Shown here: positions 26,533 to 40,907 of the stretch, one piece after another
How positions within the stretch are numbered: the stretch's first letter is position 1
Layout: each line of letters starts with the position of its first letter
NCBI GenBank assembly: GCA_051294375.1
Contig: CM119268.1
Location: 10,760,713 to 10,824,712, forward strand
Direction: 5' to 3'
Source of the DNA: Paraspadella gotoi
Taxonomy: Eukaryota > Animalia > Chaetognatha
DNA: 64,000 nucleotides
Notes under the pieces: model-generated
Told to the model about the DNA's origin: nothing
The model's input: the letters and a program-made list of their open reading frames with translations, nothing else
Database searches by the model: none
Translations under genes and position numbers: made by a program

Positions 26533-27889
26533 AAAGTTTGATCCTGAAATCGGGGCAAACGAAACAAAGGCCCGAAAAGGGCTAAGGACAAAGGGCTAAG
26601 AGAGAGTTAGAGAGTGTTTTAGAGAGTTCGCGAGATGTACGAATGGGTGGGACCGAATAGTGAACCGCTGACGCGGGGGCGGAAGTGGGTCGGACCGTGG
26701 GCGATGAAAAAAGGTCATGAGTTGGCGGAGAGGGATGGAGGGGGGGAGAGGGCGTAGGAGGGCGAAAGGCGATGTTCCGTGTCCGTCGCACCCTGACGTG
26801 GGTCACGGGTTATTGCGGGCGGAAGGGAATTGGAATGGATGGGTGCCATGGAGGGGGCGGGGAGTAGGTGCAACGGGGCTAGGGTGACGGTGTTCGAGCA
26901 GAGAGGGAGTAGGGAGGGACAAAGCTGGCGCCGGATTAGTTGCGCGCCCCCTCAATTTTCCTTTTTTTTTGTTTGGATGGAGACTCTGGCCGAGAGAGGC
27001 GCTCTCGGCACGATTGACGATCGGTTGTTGAAGAGAGTTGTATAACCGGAGGAAACGACGAAAACCGACAAAAAAAAGTCCGAACTCCAAAAACCGACCC
27101 AAAAAAATCGACTTAACCAGAAAAAGTCTGTAAACATNNNNNNNNNNNNNNNNNNNNNNNNNNNNNNNNNNNNNNNNNNNNNNNNNNNNNNNNNNNNNNN
27201 NNNNNNNNNNNNNNNNNNNNNNNNNNNNNNNNNNNNNNNNNNNNNNNNNNNNNNNNNNNNNNNNNNNNNNNNNNNNNNNNNNNNNNNNNNNNNNNNNNNN
27301 NNNNNNNNNNNNNNNNNNNNNNNNNNNNNNNNNNNNNNNNNNNNNNNNNNNNNNNNNNGGGTTGGGTGGGACACGCCTACTCGCAACGACAACGGCGACG
27401 ACAACGACCAAAGCGATAACAATAAAATGAAAAACGATGTCGCCGACGACGAAAACGATGACGACGACGACGACGACAACGAAGAAGAAGAAGAAAAGGA
27501 CGACGACGATTCGGCAGTCGGTTCATTAAGTTTTGGGTCCTTGTCGAAATATGACGGGAGAGAGATGAGGTTAGGCGGGTGAGGTTAGAGATGAGGTTAG
27601 GCGGGTGAGGTTAGAGGGGAGTTCGTTTTGGAGGATTGAGCTTTGAGTAATTTTAGTTGAAAGAATTGTGAGGGTTGTTGTTATGGGCTCATATNNNNNN
27701 NNNNNNNNNNNNNNNNNNNNNNNNNNNNNNNNNNNNNNNNNNNNNNNNNNNNNNNNNNNNNNNNNNNNNNNNNNNNNNNNNNNNNNNNNNNNNNNNNNNN
27801 NNNNNNNNNNNNNNNNNNNNNNNNNNNNNNNNNNNNNNNNNNNNNNNNNNNNNNNNNNNNNNNNNNNNNNNNNNNNNNNNNNNNNNNNN

Positions 27890-27925
<36 letters not shown>

Positions 27926-28112
27926 CGATAAGAAAAGTCGACGTCGAAGATCGAGAAAACAATGTTGACATCGATCGCGAAAAATCTTTTCAAGATAAAA
28001 GACGACGACGATGACGACGACGACAAAGACGGCGAAGATGATAACAGATTCTCACGAAAGCAACAGTAAAAAAAAAAGACAAAGTCACTTTAAGGTCGTG
28101 ACGAGAAGGAAC

Positions 28113-28161
<49 letters not shown>

Positions 28162-28167
28162 CGACGC

Positions 28168-28199
<32 letters not shown>
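27890..28199. repeat. (GAC)n trinucleotide microsatellites
   Basis: Long GAC runs at 27890-27923 and 28112-28199; similar runs at 8763-8780, 9779-9797, 27455-27478, 37597-37617. Confidence 0.95.
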
Positions 28200-28202
<3 letters not shown>

Positions 28203-30041
28203 TTAATTGATCGTAATGAAAAACGGAAACTGTAAATATGATTTACAGTAATTGATTTAATGATTTAAACGTTGATGACTTCAACCAAAAACGACGAAAA
28301 ATAAACTTCAATTTTTTCCTAACAAAGTTGAACTTTTTTTTTTCGGTTTCACTATTTAAAAAATCCTCCCCCCTTCCCAATGACGTAATTGGACCTCGGG
28401 AATAGATGAAGGGAAGTTGTACGAGAGAGAGAGAGAGAGAGAGNNNNNNNNNNNNNNNNNNNNNNNNNNNNNNNNNNNNNNNNNNNNNNNNNNNNNNNNN
28501 NNNNNNNNNNNNNNNNNNNNNNNNNNNNNNNNNNNNNNNNNNNNNNNNNNNNNNNNNNNNNNNNNNNNNNNNNNNNNNNNNNNNNNNNNNNNNNNNNNNN
28601 NNNNNNNNNNNNNNNNNNNNNNNNNNNNNNNNNNNNNNNNNNNNNNNNNNNNNNNNNNNNNNNNNNNNNNAAAAAAAAAAAGAAAAAAAGAAAAAAAATG
28701 CAAAGACTTGTTCGTGTTGTCCGCAATTATCAGAAGAGACTAAATCTAAATTTAGCGAAGAATCAACTCAACGGAAACATTATCCGTCCTTCGTTATTTT
28801 TAACACCAGAGGTCCCTCTTTGTCTGAGACTCCGAAAGGGTCAGACGAAATTCATTACTTTTTGACTTATATTTTTTTCTCTGTCTCTGTCTTTCATTCT
28901 CTCTCTCTCTCTCTCNNNNNNNNNNNNNNNNNNNNNNNNNNNNNNNNNNNNNNNNNNNNNNNNNNNNNNNNNNNNNNNNNNNNNNNNNNNNNNNNNNNNN
29001 NNNNNNNNNNNNNNNNNNNNNNNNNNNNNNNNNNNNNNNNNNNNNNNNNNNNNNNNNNNNNNNNNNNNNNNNNNNNNNNNNNNNNNNNNNNNNNNNNNNN
29101 NNNNNNNNNNNNNNNNNNNNNNNNNNNNNNNNNNNNNNNNNNNNNNNNNNNNNNNNNNNNNCCTCCTCCTCCTTCCAACTCGCTCAGCGCCTCAAGAGAA
29201 AAAAAAACCGGTTCAACCTACTCTGAAGGTCGGGCTGGCACCATATTTAGCCAACTACACTTTTTCCAATTTCCCCCTTTCTTTTTTTTTTNNNNNNNNN
29301 NNNNNNNNNNNNNNNNTCTCTTCTGGCCGCTCACATTCTTCATTATCTTTCCTCTCTCTCTTCTCTTCTCTCTTACTCTCCCCGATCGTTGCCTCTCTTC
29401 CATCTCATCTACATTATAAAGATCTTCTACTATTCTCCATCTCTTCCTCTTATCTGCTCTTCTTCCTATCTTCTTATTTGCCGTTTTCATTTTGTCTATT
29501 CTTCGTCCCTCTGGTCTTGTGTAATATTCTATCTTCTTTTATTTTTTGTAGTTTCTTTTTTTTCTAGTTTTTTTTATCCCCTCATTTTCTTGCTTCTTTC
29601 TTTGTGTTTGATTCCCTCTTCTCCCTCTTTATTCCTCCATCTTCGCTTCTTCCTGTCGTATTTCCGTTCTATCTTTCCCTCTCCTTATTTCTCCTCCCTA
29701 TCCTTGTCGTTTCTCGTTCTTTCTCCTTTCAATCGTATTTTCTTTCCTGAGTATGCCTCCCTGCCGTTTTTTTCCCCCCCCCCTGAGTTACATCCTTTCT
29801 ACTTACATCTCTCCCCTTCCCTTTATCGGTGATTTTCCTACTCCACCCGCCCTCTGTTTCTCATCGCTCTTTTTCTTTCTTTATTTCTCATCCCTGTCCG
29901 ACACCTGAACCAAATCATTCCCTTTCTTGTCAAGGCTCACTTCTCTTTCCTACCTCTCTTTCCCACCTCCTCTTCTTTCCTCCTTTTCGTCTTTCCTTCG
30001 CTTGCCTCATTTTTTGTTTTTCCTCTGCCCTTCCTCTGAAC

Positions 30042-30075
<34 letters not shown>

Positions 30076-32514
30076 AAGAAAAAAAAAAAAATAAGATAAA
30101 AACAAAAAAAAAAAAAAAAAAAAAAATAAAAAAAAAAAAAAAAAAAAAAAAAAATAAATAAAATAAAAAAAAAAAAAAAACAATATAAATAAAAAAAAAT
30201 AAAAAAAAAACAAAAAAAAAAATAAAAAAAAAAAATATGAAAGGGCGGGGGAAAATTTGAGCCGCGGAAAAAGATGTAGTTTGGTTCTAAATAAGTGGTG
30301 CCCTTATCAGCCTCGGCTGGACCGATTCCTTTCCGTTTTCTAGAATGTTCTTTCCCTTTCGCCGCTTCTCAGGTAGTATCACATTATCATTGATTTGTTT
30401 ATTGTGGGGTTTTGCACGACGGTTTTTTCTTTTTTTTCCTTCTTGAGGCGTCTGAGGTTCTCTCTCCGTAACTTGAGTTGTGAATAAGGAATTCGTAGTG
30501 GAGGGGAAGGGAGGGAGAGGCGGAGGAGAAGAGAGAGAGATGATGTTAACTTGATATCTGTAATGAAGGTAGCATAGAGGATATGGACTAATCACGAACG
30601 TTCCTAGCTGCGAGGAAATGAGAAACGAGAAAAAGAGGCTGAGGGATTTTATAGGGCGGTTGGGGTACGGCGATTAAAATAATAATGAGGAGGGGAGGGA
30701 GGAGAGGAGAGAGAGAGAAAAGGAGTGAGAGCAGAAGGAGCAAAAGAGATAATGGGAAGGATAGTTATTGAGTATAGGAAGTAGGCGGGGAAGGAGGGGG
30801 AGGGAGAAAGGGCAGATATGTTACCACCAGCCACCCGAAACAGCACTGTGGGATTAATTTATGGTTCTGTACTATTTCTTTATCCCCGCATCAGAGTTAG
30901 CTTTCTTTGTTTCCCGAGTATTGCGTTCCTTTTTTTTTCTTTTTTTCCTTTTTAAATCTTTGTTTCTTTTTCTTTTCTTCTTCTTTCCTTTTTTTTTTTT
31001 CTTTGTTTTTTTTCTTTTATTTTTCTCCTTATCTTCCCCCCCTTTCCGCTTTTCCTCCTTACCTTCCCCCATTTTCTTTTTCTCTTTTCACCCTTTTTCC
31101 AATTTTTTTCCCTTCTCTTTTTGTCACTCTCCTCTTTTCCGTCTTTCTGCCTTTCCCCCTTTTTTTTTTTCGGCTTTTTTCTTTCCCCCCTTTTCTTTCC
31201 CCTGTCTCCTTCTTTTCTTTTTTCCTCATTTTTTTTCTCCTTATATTTTTGTTTTGGATGTTTTTTTTTTCTTCCTTGTAATTCATTATTCATTTTTCTT
31301 TTATCCTTTTTTGGATATTCTTCTCCCCCTTCCGCTTTCTCTTTTTCTTTCTTTCTCTCCCTCTCTTCCCCTGCCTCTCTTTTTTCCCTTCCTCTTTCCT
31401 TCTCCTCCCCCCCCTTTTTTCTCTATTCTCTTTCTGCCCTTTACTCCCTTTGACCCCTCCTCCTCTTCCCCTTTTCCTTTCCCCTTTCCCCCTTCGATCT
31501 TCCTACTGATTCCCGTCTCTCAGAGAGAGAGAGAGAAAGAGAGAGAGAAAGTTAAGAAATTTTCTCTCTCTCTCGGCTTCTCTCTCGGCAACACAGACCG
31601 GAAACCCTTTAAAGCGCCGACGCTTTTTTATCGCCGAAAATGCTCATAAAAAAAAAAGAAAAAAAGGAGAAAAAGAAAAAAAAAGGAGAAAAAGAAAGAA
31701 AAGGGGTGAAAAGACTGGGTGAGACGCGTCGGTCTCGATTTGTACTACGTGTCATTGTTTCTTTCAATTCGCTTTATGGTTCCTCTTATTTTCTCCCCTC
31801 GAGTTTTTTTCCTCCCCTTTTGTTCCCATTTTTTCTCCCCCATTATTTTCTCCCATTTTCTCTTNNNNNNNNNNNNNNNNNNNNNNNNNNNNNNNNNNNN
31901 NNNNNNNNNNNNNNNNNNNNNNNNNNNNNNNNNNNNNNNNNNNNNNNNNNNNNNNNNNNNNNNNNNNNNNNNNNNNNNNNNNNNNNNNNNNNNNNNNNNN
32001 NNNNNNNNNNNNNNNNNNNNNNNNNNNNNNNNNNNNNNNNNNNNNNNNNNNNNNNNNNNNNNNNNNNNNNNNNNNNNNNNNNNNNNNNNNNNNNNNNNNN
32101 NNNNNNNNNNNNNNNNNNNNNNNNNNNNNNNNNNNNNNNNNNNNNNNNNNNNNNNNNNNNNNNNNNNNNNNNNNNNNNNNNNNNNNNNNNNNNNNNNNNN
32201 NNNNNNNNNNNNNNNNNNNNNNNNNNNNNNNNNNNNNNNNNNNNNNNNNNNNNNNNNNNNNNNNNNNNNNNNNNNNNNNNNNNNNNNNNNNNNNNNNNNN
32301 NNNNNNNNNNNNNNNNNNNNNNNNNNNNNNNNNNNNNNNNNNNNNNNNNNNNNNNNCTTTTTTTTTTTGAGTCTTCGATCTTTCACTCTCTCACACTATG
32401 ACTCGAACTATAACACTCTCCAAGTCTCTAAAGTGTATTACTCTAACACACTCTCTCGCTCTCTAACTCTTAAAACTCTGTAATCTCTAACACTTTCTGA
32501 CACTCTCCTAATCT

Positions 32515-32698
32515 CCACTTGTATCACTCCATCACTCCATCACACTTGTATCACTCCATCACTCCATCACACTTGGATCACCTCATCACTCCATCACACT
32601 TGTATCACTCCATCACTCCATCACACTTGTATCACTCCATCACTCCATCACTCCTCCACACTTGTATCACTCCATCACTCCATCAGACTTGAATCACT
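32515..32698. repeat. 27-bp minisatellite (CACTTGTATCACTCCATCACTCCATCA) about x7
   Basis: Read directly; each unit contains two ATCACTCC octamers. Confidence 0.9.
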
Positions 32699-32970
32699 CA
32701 AGCCCTGTCTTTTTGCTTTTTCTTTTTGGTCCTGCTTTCAAATTTCTCTTTCTACTTTCTTCGCTTTCTCTCATCCCTTCATTTTTTTCTTCTTTTTTTT
32801 TTGCCACCATCTCATGTTTTGCACTTTCCTTTCCTCCTCTTTCCCCTTTACTTACTCTCTCCCCTTTTCTCCTCCTGCCCGAAAATTCCTTCTCTTCTAA
32901 AGCGGAACATTTTTCTCGTTTCTGCCCTCAAATTACATACGATTTGACTGTTCTCTCTCTCACTCTCTCA

Positions 32971-33002
<32 letters not shown>

Positions 33003-33235
33003 NNNNNNNNNNNNNNNNNNNNNNNNNNNNNNNNNNNNNNNNNNNNNNNNNNNNNNNNNNNNNNNNNNNNNNNNNNNNNNNNNNNNNNNNNNNNNNNNNN
33101 NNNNNNNNNNNNNNNNNNNNNNNNNNNNNNNNNNNNNNNNNNNNNNNNNNNNNNNNNNNNNNNNNNNNNNNNNNNNNNNNNNNNNNNNNNNNNNNNNNNN
33201 NNNNNNNNNNNNNNNNNNNNNNNNNNNNNNNNNNN

Positions 33236-33271
<36 letters not shown>

Positions 33272-34585
33272 GAGAAACCGAGAGACAGAGATGGAGAGAG
33301 ATGAAGTGTGCTAACTTTCATTACGTCTTTTATTGCGTCCACGGATCAGCAGTCGAGAAAAAAAAAAAGAAAAAAACTCCCTCAGTGAATAACTACTAAT
33401 ACATAAATTACTCAACCTTAGAAAAGAGAAAATTACTTTATTCGTAACGTTAGCGAGGTAAATAGGGAAAGAAAGTGTAAAGAAAAAAAAAAGAGAAAGC
33501 CGTACAAATAAGTTGTGTTATTTTCTCGCGTGGTTTATGTTCAGACGTTAAAACTCATGAGTCAGTTAAATCTTTTTAAAAAATATAAACTGTATATCTA
33601 TTTAAAAAAAATGTTTACCCTTTCGCTTCGTTCGATCGATTCAAAGGTCAAAAGGTCAATAGATCGAAAAGGTCAAAGTTATAAAAGGAGTTTGGATTTG
33701 TTTTTCGAAAAAGAGATAACAACTACCAGCGAACATCGACGAGGAACGATATTAAGAATCTCTACATTTTTTTGTTCGATGATGAAAAGAGGAAGAAGTC
33801 GAGGTCAAAGGTCAGGATTAACGATTCATGGGCGAAACGCGCTGGATGGAGCGAGCGAGTGTGTGTGTGTGAAAGACTTTTACTACAGCAAAGACAACGA
33901 CGACGACAACGACGACGACGACTCCTCCTACGCCAAAGGAGAAGACGACGACGCCCGACGGTCGAGGCGCCGACGCCAACGACGATAACGCTCAAGAAAT
34001 TAAATCCTCCGGCGCCGTTTTCTCCCTTGATTGGTTCCTCGCTTGCTTGCTTGCTTGCTTCCATTCTTTATCTNNNNNNNNNNNNNNNNNNNNNNNNNNN
34101 NNNNNNNNNNNNNNNNNNNNNNNNNNNNNNNNNNNNNNNNNNNNNNNNNNNNNNNNNNNNNNNNNNNNNNNNNNNNNNNNNNNNNNNNNNNNNNNNNNNN
34201 NNNNNNNNNNNNNNNNNNNNNNNNNNNNNNNNNNNNNNNNNNNNNNNNNNNNNNNNNNNNNNNNNNNNNNNNNNNNNNNNNNNNNNNNNNNNNNNNNNNN
34301 NNNNNNNNNNNNNNNNNNNNNNNNNNNNNNNNNNNNNNNNNNNNNNNNNNNNNNNNNNNNNNNNNNNNNNNNNNNNNNNNNNNNNNNNNNNNNNNNNNNN
34401 NNNNNNNNNNNNNNNNNNNNNNNNNNNNNNNNNNNNNNNNNNNNNNNNNNNAATTATGCTCGAAAGCGGGAAATAAATGGGCGTAATAGTCTTTGATTAC
34501 GAAAGTCTTTCCATCCTTGATTAGCGGGAGAGTCGAATCGGCCTCGCCCGACGCTCTCGCTCGACGCTCTCGGCCCGCGTAGGCC

Positions 34586-34658
34586 GGATACATCTGTCGG
34601 TCCGTCGGTCGGATATCCGTCGGCTCTGTCGGTCCGTCGGTCCGTCGGTCCGTCGGAC
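34586..34658. repeat. (GTCGGTCC)n GC-rich microsatellite
   Basis: Repeated GTCGGTCC units read directly. Confidence 0.8.
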
Positions 34659-35431
34659 ATATATGTATATGTCGGTCGCTCCCGACTGTTGGAACGCTTC
34701 GCCCCGGTTAATCGCGGGTCGTGAGGGAGCCTGGGGGGGGGGAAAGACGTTTAATCTTCGGCCGAAGAGAGAGAATGAGTCACCGGCGGAGTCTTGGTTG
34801 TTGGGAGTCGTTAGCGTCGCTGCCGATTCGCGCGGGGAGATCGTTGAGATTAAAAATGTTCCGAAGTGCCGAGTACATCTTTTATTCATTTGATTAATAT
34901 TTTTTAATATAGATGATTTATGAATTTGTTTATTTTTCTACGGATTTATATAATTATGTTTATGATAGATTGATTGATTGATAGATTGAATGATTTGGTT
35001 GATCAGTAGATTTTTAGAGCCAGTGTGTATTTAGTTGTTTATGATTTATTTCGTAAGATTATACACTCCGTTATGAGAATTTTATTTCATATCGAGAAAC
35101 ATACAGTAGTTAGTTATATATTACTAAATAAAAATCGTTAAGAGCGAAAACTTTGAAAGAGATTTTCCCATCCGCGCGGATCTTCTTTGATCTTCTCCGG
35201 ACTTTCCGACCGAAAGATAAAAATTCTGATTTCTTAAAGAAAAAAATTGTGTAAAAAAAAAAGGAAGAATTTTGAAAAAAAAAGAGATGAAAAGATGAGA
35301 AACTGTGAATCTTCTATCGCGAGTAGAAAAAAAAAATGTAAACGTTGCTAATCAAGGAGGATGTGAAAAAAAAGAGGAGAGAAAAAGAGGAAGAGAAAGG
35401 TTAAAAAAGAAAGTGAGAAAAAAAGAAAAGA

Positions 35432-35519
<88 letters not shown>

Positions 35520-37039
35520 TTGCTCTTCAGAAATGAGCTTCTTTCGTTTTTTTCCTTTTTTCCTTTTTTTTTATAAATCGATATCCCACGGTATTTCGTT
35601 GCTTTGAGCTTTGGCGCTCTTAATGGCGTTGCAGTTGAAAGGGACGAGCATAAACACAAACTATCTCGTTTCTTTCGCTCTCTCTCTCTCCCACTTTCTC
35701 TTTCCCACTCTCTCTTCCACTCTCTCTTTAACCCCATACTTTGGCCCTTTTTCCTCCATCCCGATGCAACGGCCCGACCTGATCCGGTCAGTTTATTTCG
35801 CTTTCAATCGAGCGCGAGAAGTCTGCTCCTGCAGAATTACTCCTATAAAAATCCGACAAATTTTTCTCCTTCTCCCTTAGAGAACGTGGAAAGTCTTAAA
35901 TATCTCCCATCAGAGAATAAATGCAAGAATTTATTTAAAAAAACAAGTTAATGAAAAAAGTTTAAAAGTCGTTATTCTCATCTCCTCTGGGCCTAAAAAT
36001 AGACGGGAATTAATATCAATTAAGTCGCGTATAAAAGGATGATTAGCCGATGAGTCAGGAATGTCTAATGTCTATGTCTCACACCCATTGGCGCGCCATT
36101 GGTTAATGTATAACTAAAAATATAAACAAATAACGAAGGAACAAGTTTAATGTTCTCATCAAGTCGATTGGAAAATATAGAAGGTACATTACAAAAGTTT
36201 TTAATGCGATAATTAGTTTTTTTGTTTATTATGTACATACAGTTTAATTTTTTACAACAACGACGACTCCCAATCACAACAACAACAACGACGCGAACGA
36301 TATCCGTAACCCCGTCACGCCCATTTTGTTGATTGAATTAAAAACCGTTTACTCGCGTCTCTCGTCGCGACGCGGGACTCGTCAGCAGCAGCAGCATAAT
36401 CGCCGCCGCAGTATACGAGTCGGACATTCACGCCGCAGCGCAGCTTCGCCGCGGCGAGGCCAACGTCATGCGATCGACCACTCGTAATTGTATAAACAGT
36501 GTTTATTAAACACTAAACCATGTTCTAAGCACTGTAATTAAAAAATGTCACTTTTTTTCCAGATGTGAAAATTGAAAGACTTTCATGTTAGTCAAATTTG
36601 TTTTTTGATCACAACGGATATGATAACAATGAATACAATAAAACCTATCGAGGGTCGAACTCAATGGTCACACACGGCGAGTCGGGGCAGAATGAAAGGT
36701 CAGCCTTGTAACGAGAGGGACGGGAGGCATGACGATTTTGATGGCCGATTGTGACTGCGGAGGCGATGCGCCGATGCCCGCATTCTTACAGACGGTCCCA
36801 AATCCCATTGGGACATAATGACCCCAATTTCGAATATCGCGCTTAGTGATCTGTGGAGCAGTGAGACCCTCGATGCGTCGATCAATCAAATGTTTCACAT
36901 TTGACTTTAAATGTTTTCTTACGCTCTAATCACCGAGAAAGTGATGAATGTACTCTACTGCTAGAAGAAAAACAGGTTTAAATATATACATCTAAACCCA
37001 TTCGTACCCCTAGGCAATATTACTGGTTGTTTAAAAGCT

Positions 37040-37645
37040 AAGCGGATTGAGAGGTACAATAAGAAGTTCGAGGAAAATATGAAGCAAAGCAAAACCGCGA
37101 GTACAACCTGGAAAGGAGTCTTGAAAAGGTTTAAGGGTAACACAGAAATATTCCAAAACCAAAATTTGAAGCAAAACTCAAAAGTTGATGCAAAACCGGA
37201 AGCAGCTGCAAAACCAAAGTATAATGCAAAATTAGAAAGTTGATGGAAGATCGTAAAGTTGCTTCAAAACCGGAAACTTGAAGCCTCGTAAACCAAAAAA
37301 AATGCGTGTGCTTAATGCAAAAAAAAACAAAAAAAACCGGGAAGTTGCTGTAATCCGAAAGTTGCTCACAAAACGCGCAAGTTGAGACAAAAACAGGAAA
37401 TTGATATGAAAACTGGAAGCTGACGTAACCGGAAGTCGCTGCAAGAACGGGAGTCGATGCAAAAACGTGAAGTTTATGCAAAAACCGGAAGCGAGGCGGA
37501 ATCAAAGTTGAGCTAAACCGGAAGCGAAGCGGAAGTGACGAGAGTTCTTCTGCGACATCGACTGCGAATTGAGTCGAAACTCGGGACAAAATGGCCGACG
37601 ACGACGACGACGACGACAACGACGGATTCTGACCTCCGGTGACAG
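37040..37645 (+). CDS. Probable noisy exon with a VDAKPE-like hexapeptide repeat
   Basis: Open frame KRIERYNKKFEENMKQSKTASTTWKGVLKRFKGNTEIFQNQNLKQNSKVDAKPEAAAKPKYNAKLE, followed by further 18-nt units (GTT GAT GCA AAA CCG GAA type) broken by indels; candidate donor CAG|GTACAT at 37645. Confidence 0.4.
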
Positions 37646-40320
37646 GTACATGGAAAACTGCTGCTTGCTGCAGTAGCAGCTACAAAGATGGCGACGAAAC
37701 CGGGATTTTAACGGCGTTCCGACAAAAAAAAAAAAGCGGCTGCTGCAGCGGATTCGTCATTTTTATTCGCGAATTCGCGCGCGAGATTCAAATATCGGAG
37801 TTTTGGAGGGAGAGAGTGGCGAGGTGGGGTGGAGAGGTGGTGGGGTGGATGAGGTGGCAGAAAGGGGACAGACATTGAAGAATGAGAGGAGAAGGTGAAT
37901 AAAAAGAAAAGAAGAAGAGGGGAAAAATGGAAGGGAAATAAAGAGTGAAAATGAGAAAAGAAAGAAAAAAAAAGATAGGACACAATGAAAAATGGGTAAC
38001 GTTACTGTTCGGTGGCATAAAAAAAAATTCATCTGTTTCGAATATTTATTATATTTTTTTTATTTTTTGAAACGTATATAGTTTCATATGATGGAATCCA
38101 AAAATATCAATGCAAAATCTTTTTTTGTTTTTTAGATATACTGAATATAGGGTGGAAAGATGATAATTTTTTTTAAAAAGTTACTTTATTCATATTTATT
38201 CATGAAGATCTCTAATAGAAAAAAATAAAAAAAAATAATAGTACTAATAGTTAGAGTTATGTCTCAAATAGATGGAAAAAAACCTCATTTACAAATCGAT
38301 CGGCGAAGTGGGGTAACTAAAGGCCTTACTAATGGATCCTCCAGCACCGATTGTTCTCTCAAATAATTTTTTTATTTCAATACATTTAGAAAGGGAAAAA
38401 AAGAAAATTTGGAATGGCAGGGTTGCAGAAAGGGTACAGATAATCTGGACTTATTGACATGCATAACCATGACCTCTTTATATCTTTGTGAAATAGAGGG
38501 CAGTAAAGAAATCTTAAATAATTTATCATTAAGTCAGTCAATGAACCTTTCTAATGGCGCATTTACAGAGAAATATTTTTTTCTTAATTAAAATGGATTT
38601 GATAAATAATAGAATTAAATTCCTTTGTTATACTTAAAAAAAAAATATCAATACAAAATTTAACCCAATGATGTTTTGCTTTGGTCAAATATGTTACAGC
38701 TATATAATTTTTTACAACTTTATTAATGATAACAAGCAGATGTGTAAGCTTTTAGTTTGCAGTTAAAGATAATGAAAAATGGACAATGTTTTTTTCACCA
38801 GACAAGAGAGATAGTGTCCCAGGACCTGTTTGTTCTAATAATATTCAAAGGCTGTGAAAACAAAGCTTTTGGTGATTTATGCATTCTTTAATATTTCAAA
38901 CAATACATTTTTATCCTAAACACACATAAAACTTTTTGCCTTTGTTTTTACTTTAACTGAAAAATAAAGCCACATTTTATAGAATAAAATAAATCTTAAT
39001 ACATAACAACAAAATCGTATTCAGTCTTTCCTTTTTCAAATTAACAAAGAAAAAAAAAAAATTTTAATATGCCTTCATTAAAAATTTCTACAAGCAAAAA
39101 GACTGTTATACGTTTAACTCTGATTAACAAAAGCTGTGTAAAAGATTTATGGATTTAATTAATACAAACTCTTTTAGAAAGGTGTCCTTTGATTAGGGCT
39201 TTAATTTGGATACACCATCCACCTCGCTACCTCTCATTCTTTCAAAAGTTATTTAAAAAACATAACTTTTTTAAATTACGCAGTCAACAAATCTTTGTTA
39301 AAGATAAAAAATGTCGGCAAGAGCGCGGAGTTATCCCCTCCAACATTATTTCTATTGCGTACAGATACTATAATTTCAAAAGTAAAACTTGAGACAAATT
39401 TTTTGTCATTTAGATACATATCACTTTCAGATGTTTACCCATCGTATAATAATTTATTTATTTATTTCCCCAAAAATGCAATTAAAAACAGTTGAAATTT
39501 TTTTTTCAAGATTGTTTGCGAAAAAAATTTCATCTCGGCCTATGCTCATGAGAATAATGGTTTTGCATAGAAAATCTAAATATCAAAAAATAAAAAAATC
39601 AGCCACTAGAAAATGAAAGGCTAGAGGCTGAATTTTTTTTAGAATTGGCAAAATTTTTTTTCGCTTGACTCATAATCCAATTATTCTCAGTTTCAAAATA
39701 TTTTTTCCAAAATCTTGCAATCAATTTTTTTAAAATTATTTAAAATGTTTTTATGTGTTGTTTTGTTTGAAAGAATTAAAAAAAAAGTTAAGAAATAGAG
39801 CAATTTATATAGGTTTTTTTGAAAATATCTTTAAAAATATTAAATAATTAGACACAAGGGGATAAGCAGAGAAACTCCCATTCCATAAAAAAATTAAATG
39901 AATTGTGTCATATTGTTTATTTAGATTAATTGACTAATTAAACAAATGATTCATATAAATTGAGGAGAAATGATGGGTAAAAAAATATCATCTTGGTCCG
40001 GTTTAAAAAAACTAATTAGGGTTTATCGTTAAAGTTTTGTTTTTACTAATATTAATATTTTTTTGGCATTTATAAAGCAATGGTCTAAAATTTTGTAGCG
40101 TTTTCGAGCTATATTGCTTCAATCTTTTTTACTATTTTTGAATCTAGTTAGCTTTTTTGTTGATGTCCAAGGGTTATGATCAGATACAGTATGTTCCAGT
40201 AGTGGTATATACGCACATATTACCAAAAGTAATGATCAATTAATTGGCTCAGAAACTAATTTTAAAGGGACAAAATCAAAAGCACGAAGACGTTTCGCAC
40301 GTTATTTTTCATTGTTGGTC

Positions 40321-40853
40321 TAGAAAGCGAAAAGGAAAAAAAAAGGAACAAAGAAGGGGGAAAAAAAATCCGAGTAAAATTAAAAAGAGAAAATGGAGAA
40401 GAAAGAAGGATGGCAGAAAGGAAGAAGGCAAAGAAGAAAGAAAGAAATGAGTGAAAAAAGAAAGAAAAAAGAGAGATAGAAAAAAAAATGAAAAAGAAAG
40501 AATGAAAGAAAGAATGAAAGATATAAAAAAGCAAAAAAGAAAAAAGAAACATTAGGAAAGAGAAAGAAAGAAAGAAGAAAAGAAAGAAAGAAAGAAAAGA
40601 AGAAAGAAAGAAAGAAAAGAAAGAAAGAAGAAAGAAAGAAAGAAAGAAAGAGAGAAAGAAAGAAAGAAAGGTCCTGACGTGAAAAGGAGAAGAGAAGCTT
40701 TTTCTAACAGTTTGCGTGTTTCTGACCTGAGATTAAACCATGATTCCAGTTTTATCCTCATGATTGACAGGTGGAACCAAGGCGAGGGGGGGGGCGTGAA
40801 AGATTTGTTGAAGGCGAAGCTCATCCCGATTGATTTCATTAGCGAACGAGAAG

Positions 40854-40907
<54 letters not shown>

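Noticed and set aside
27565-27615. TTAGGC motifs as telomeric repeats
   Set aside because: Only two copies, inside a 26-bp local duplication; not a tandem telomeric array.
30043-30236. Long poly-A tract as a retrocopy tail
   Set aside because: No adjacent element or TSD; looks like low-complexity or low-quality sequence.
30861-31649. 262-aa Phe/Leu/Ser-rich ORF and similar F/S/L- or R/E/K-rich ORFs
   Set aside because: Translations of pyrimidine/purine low-complexity tracts that lack stop codons by composition.
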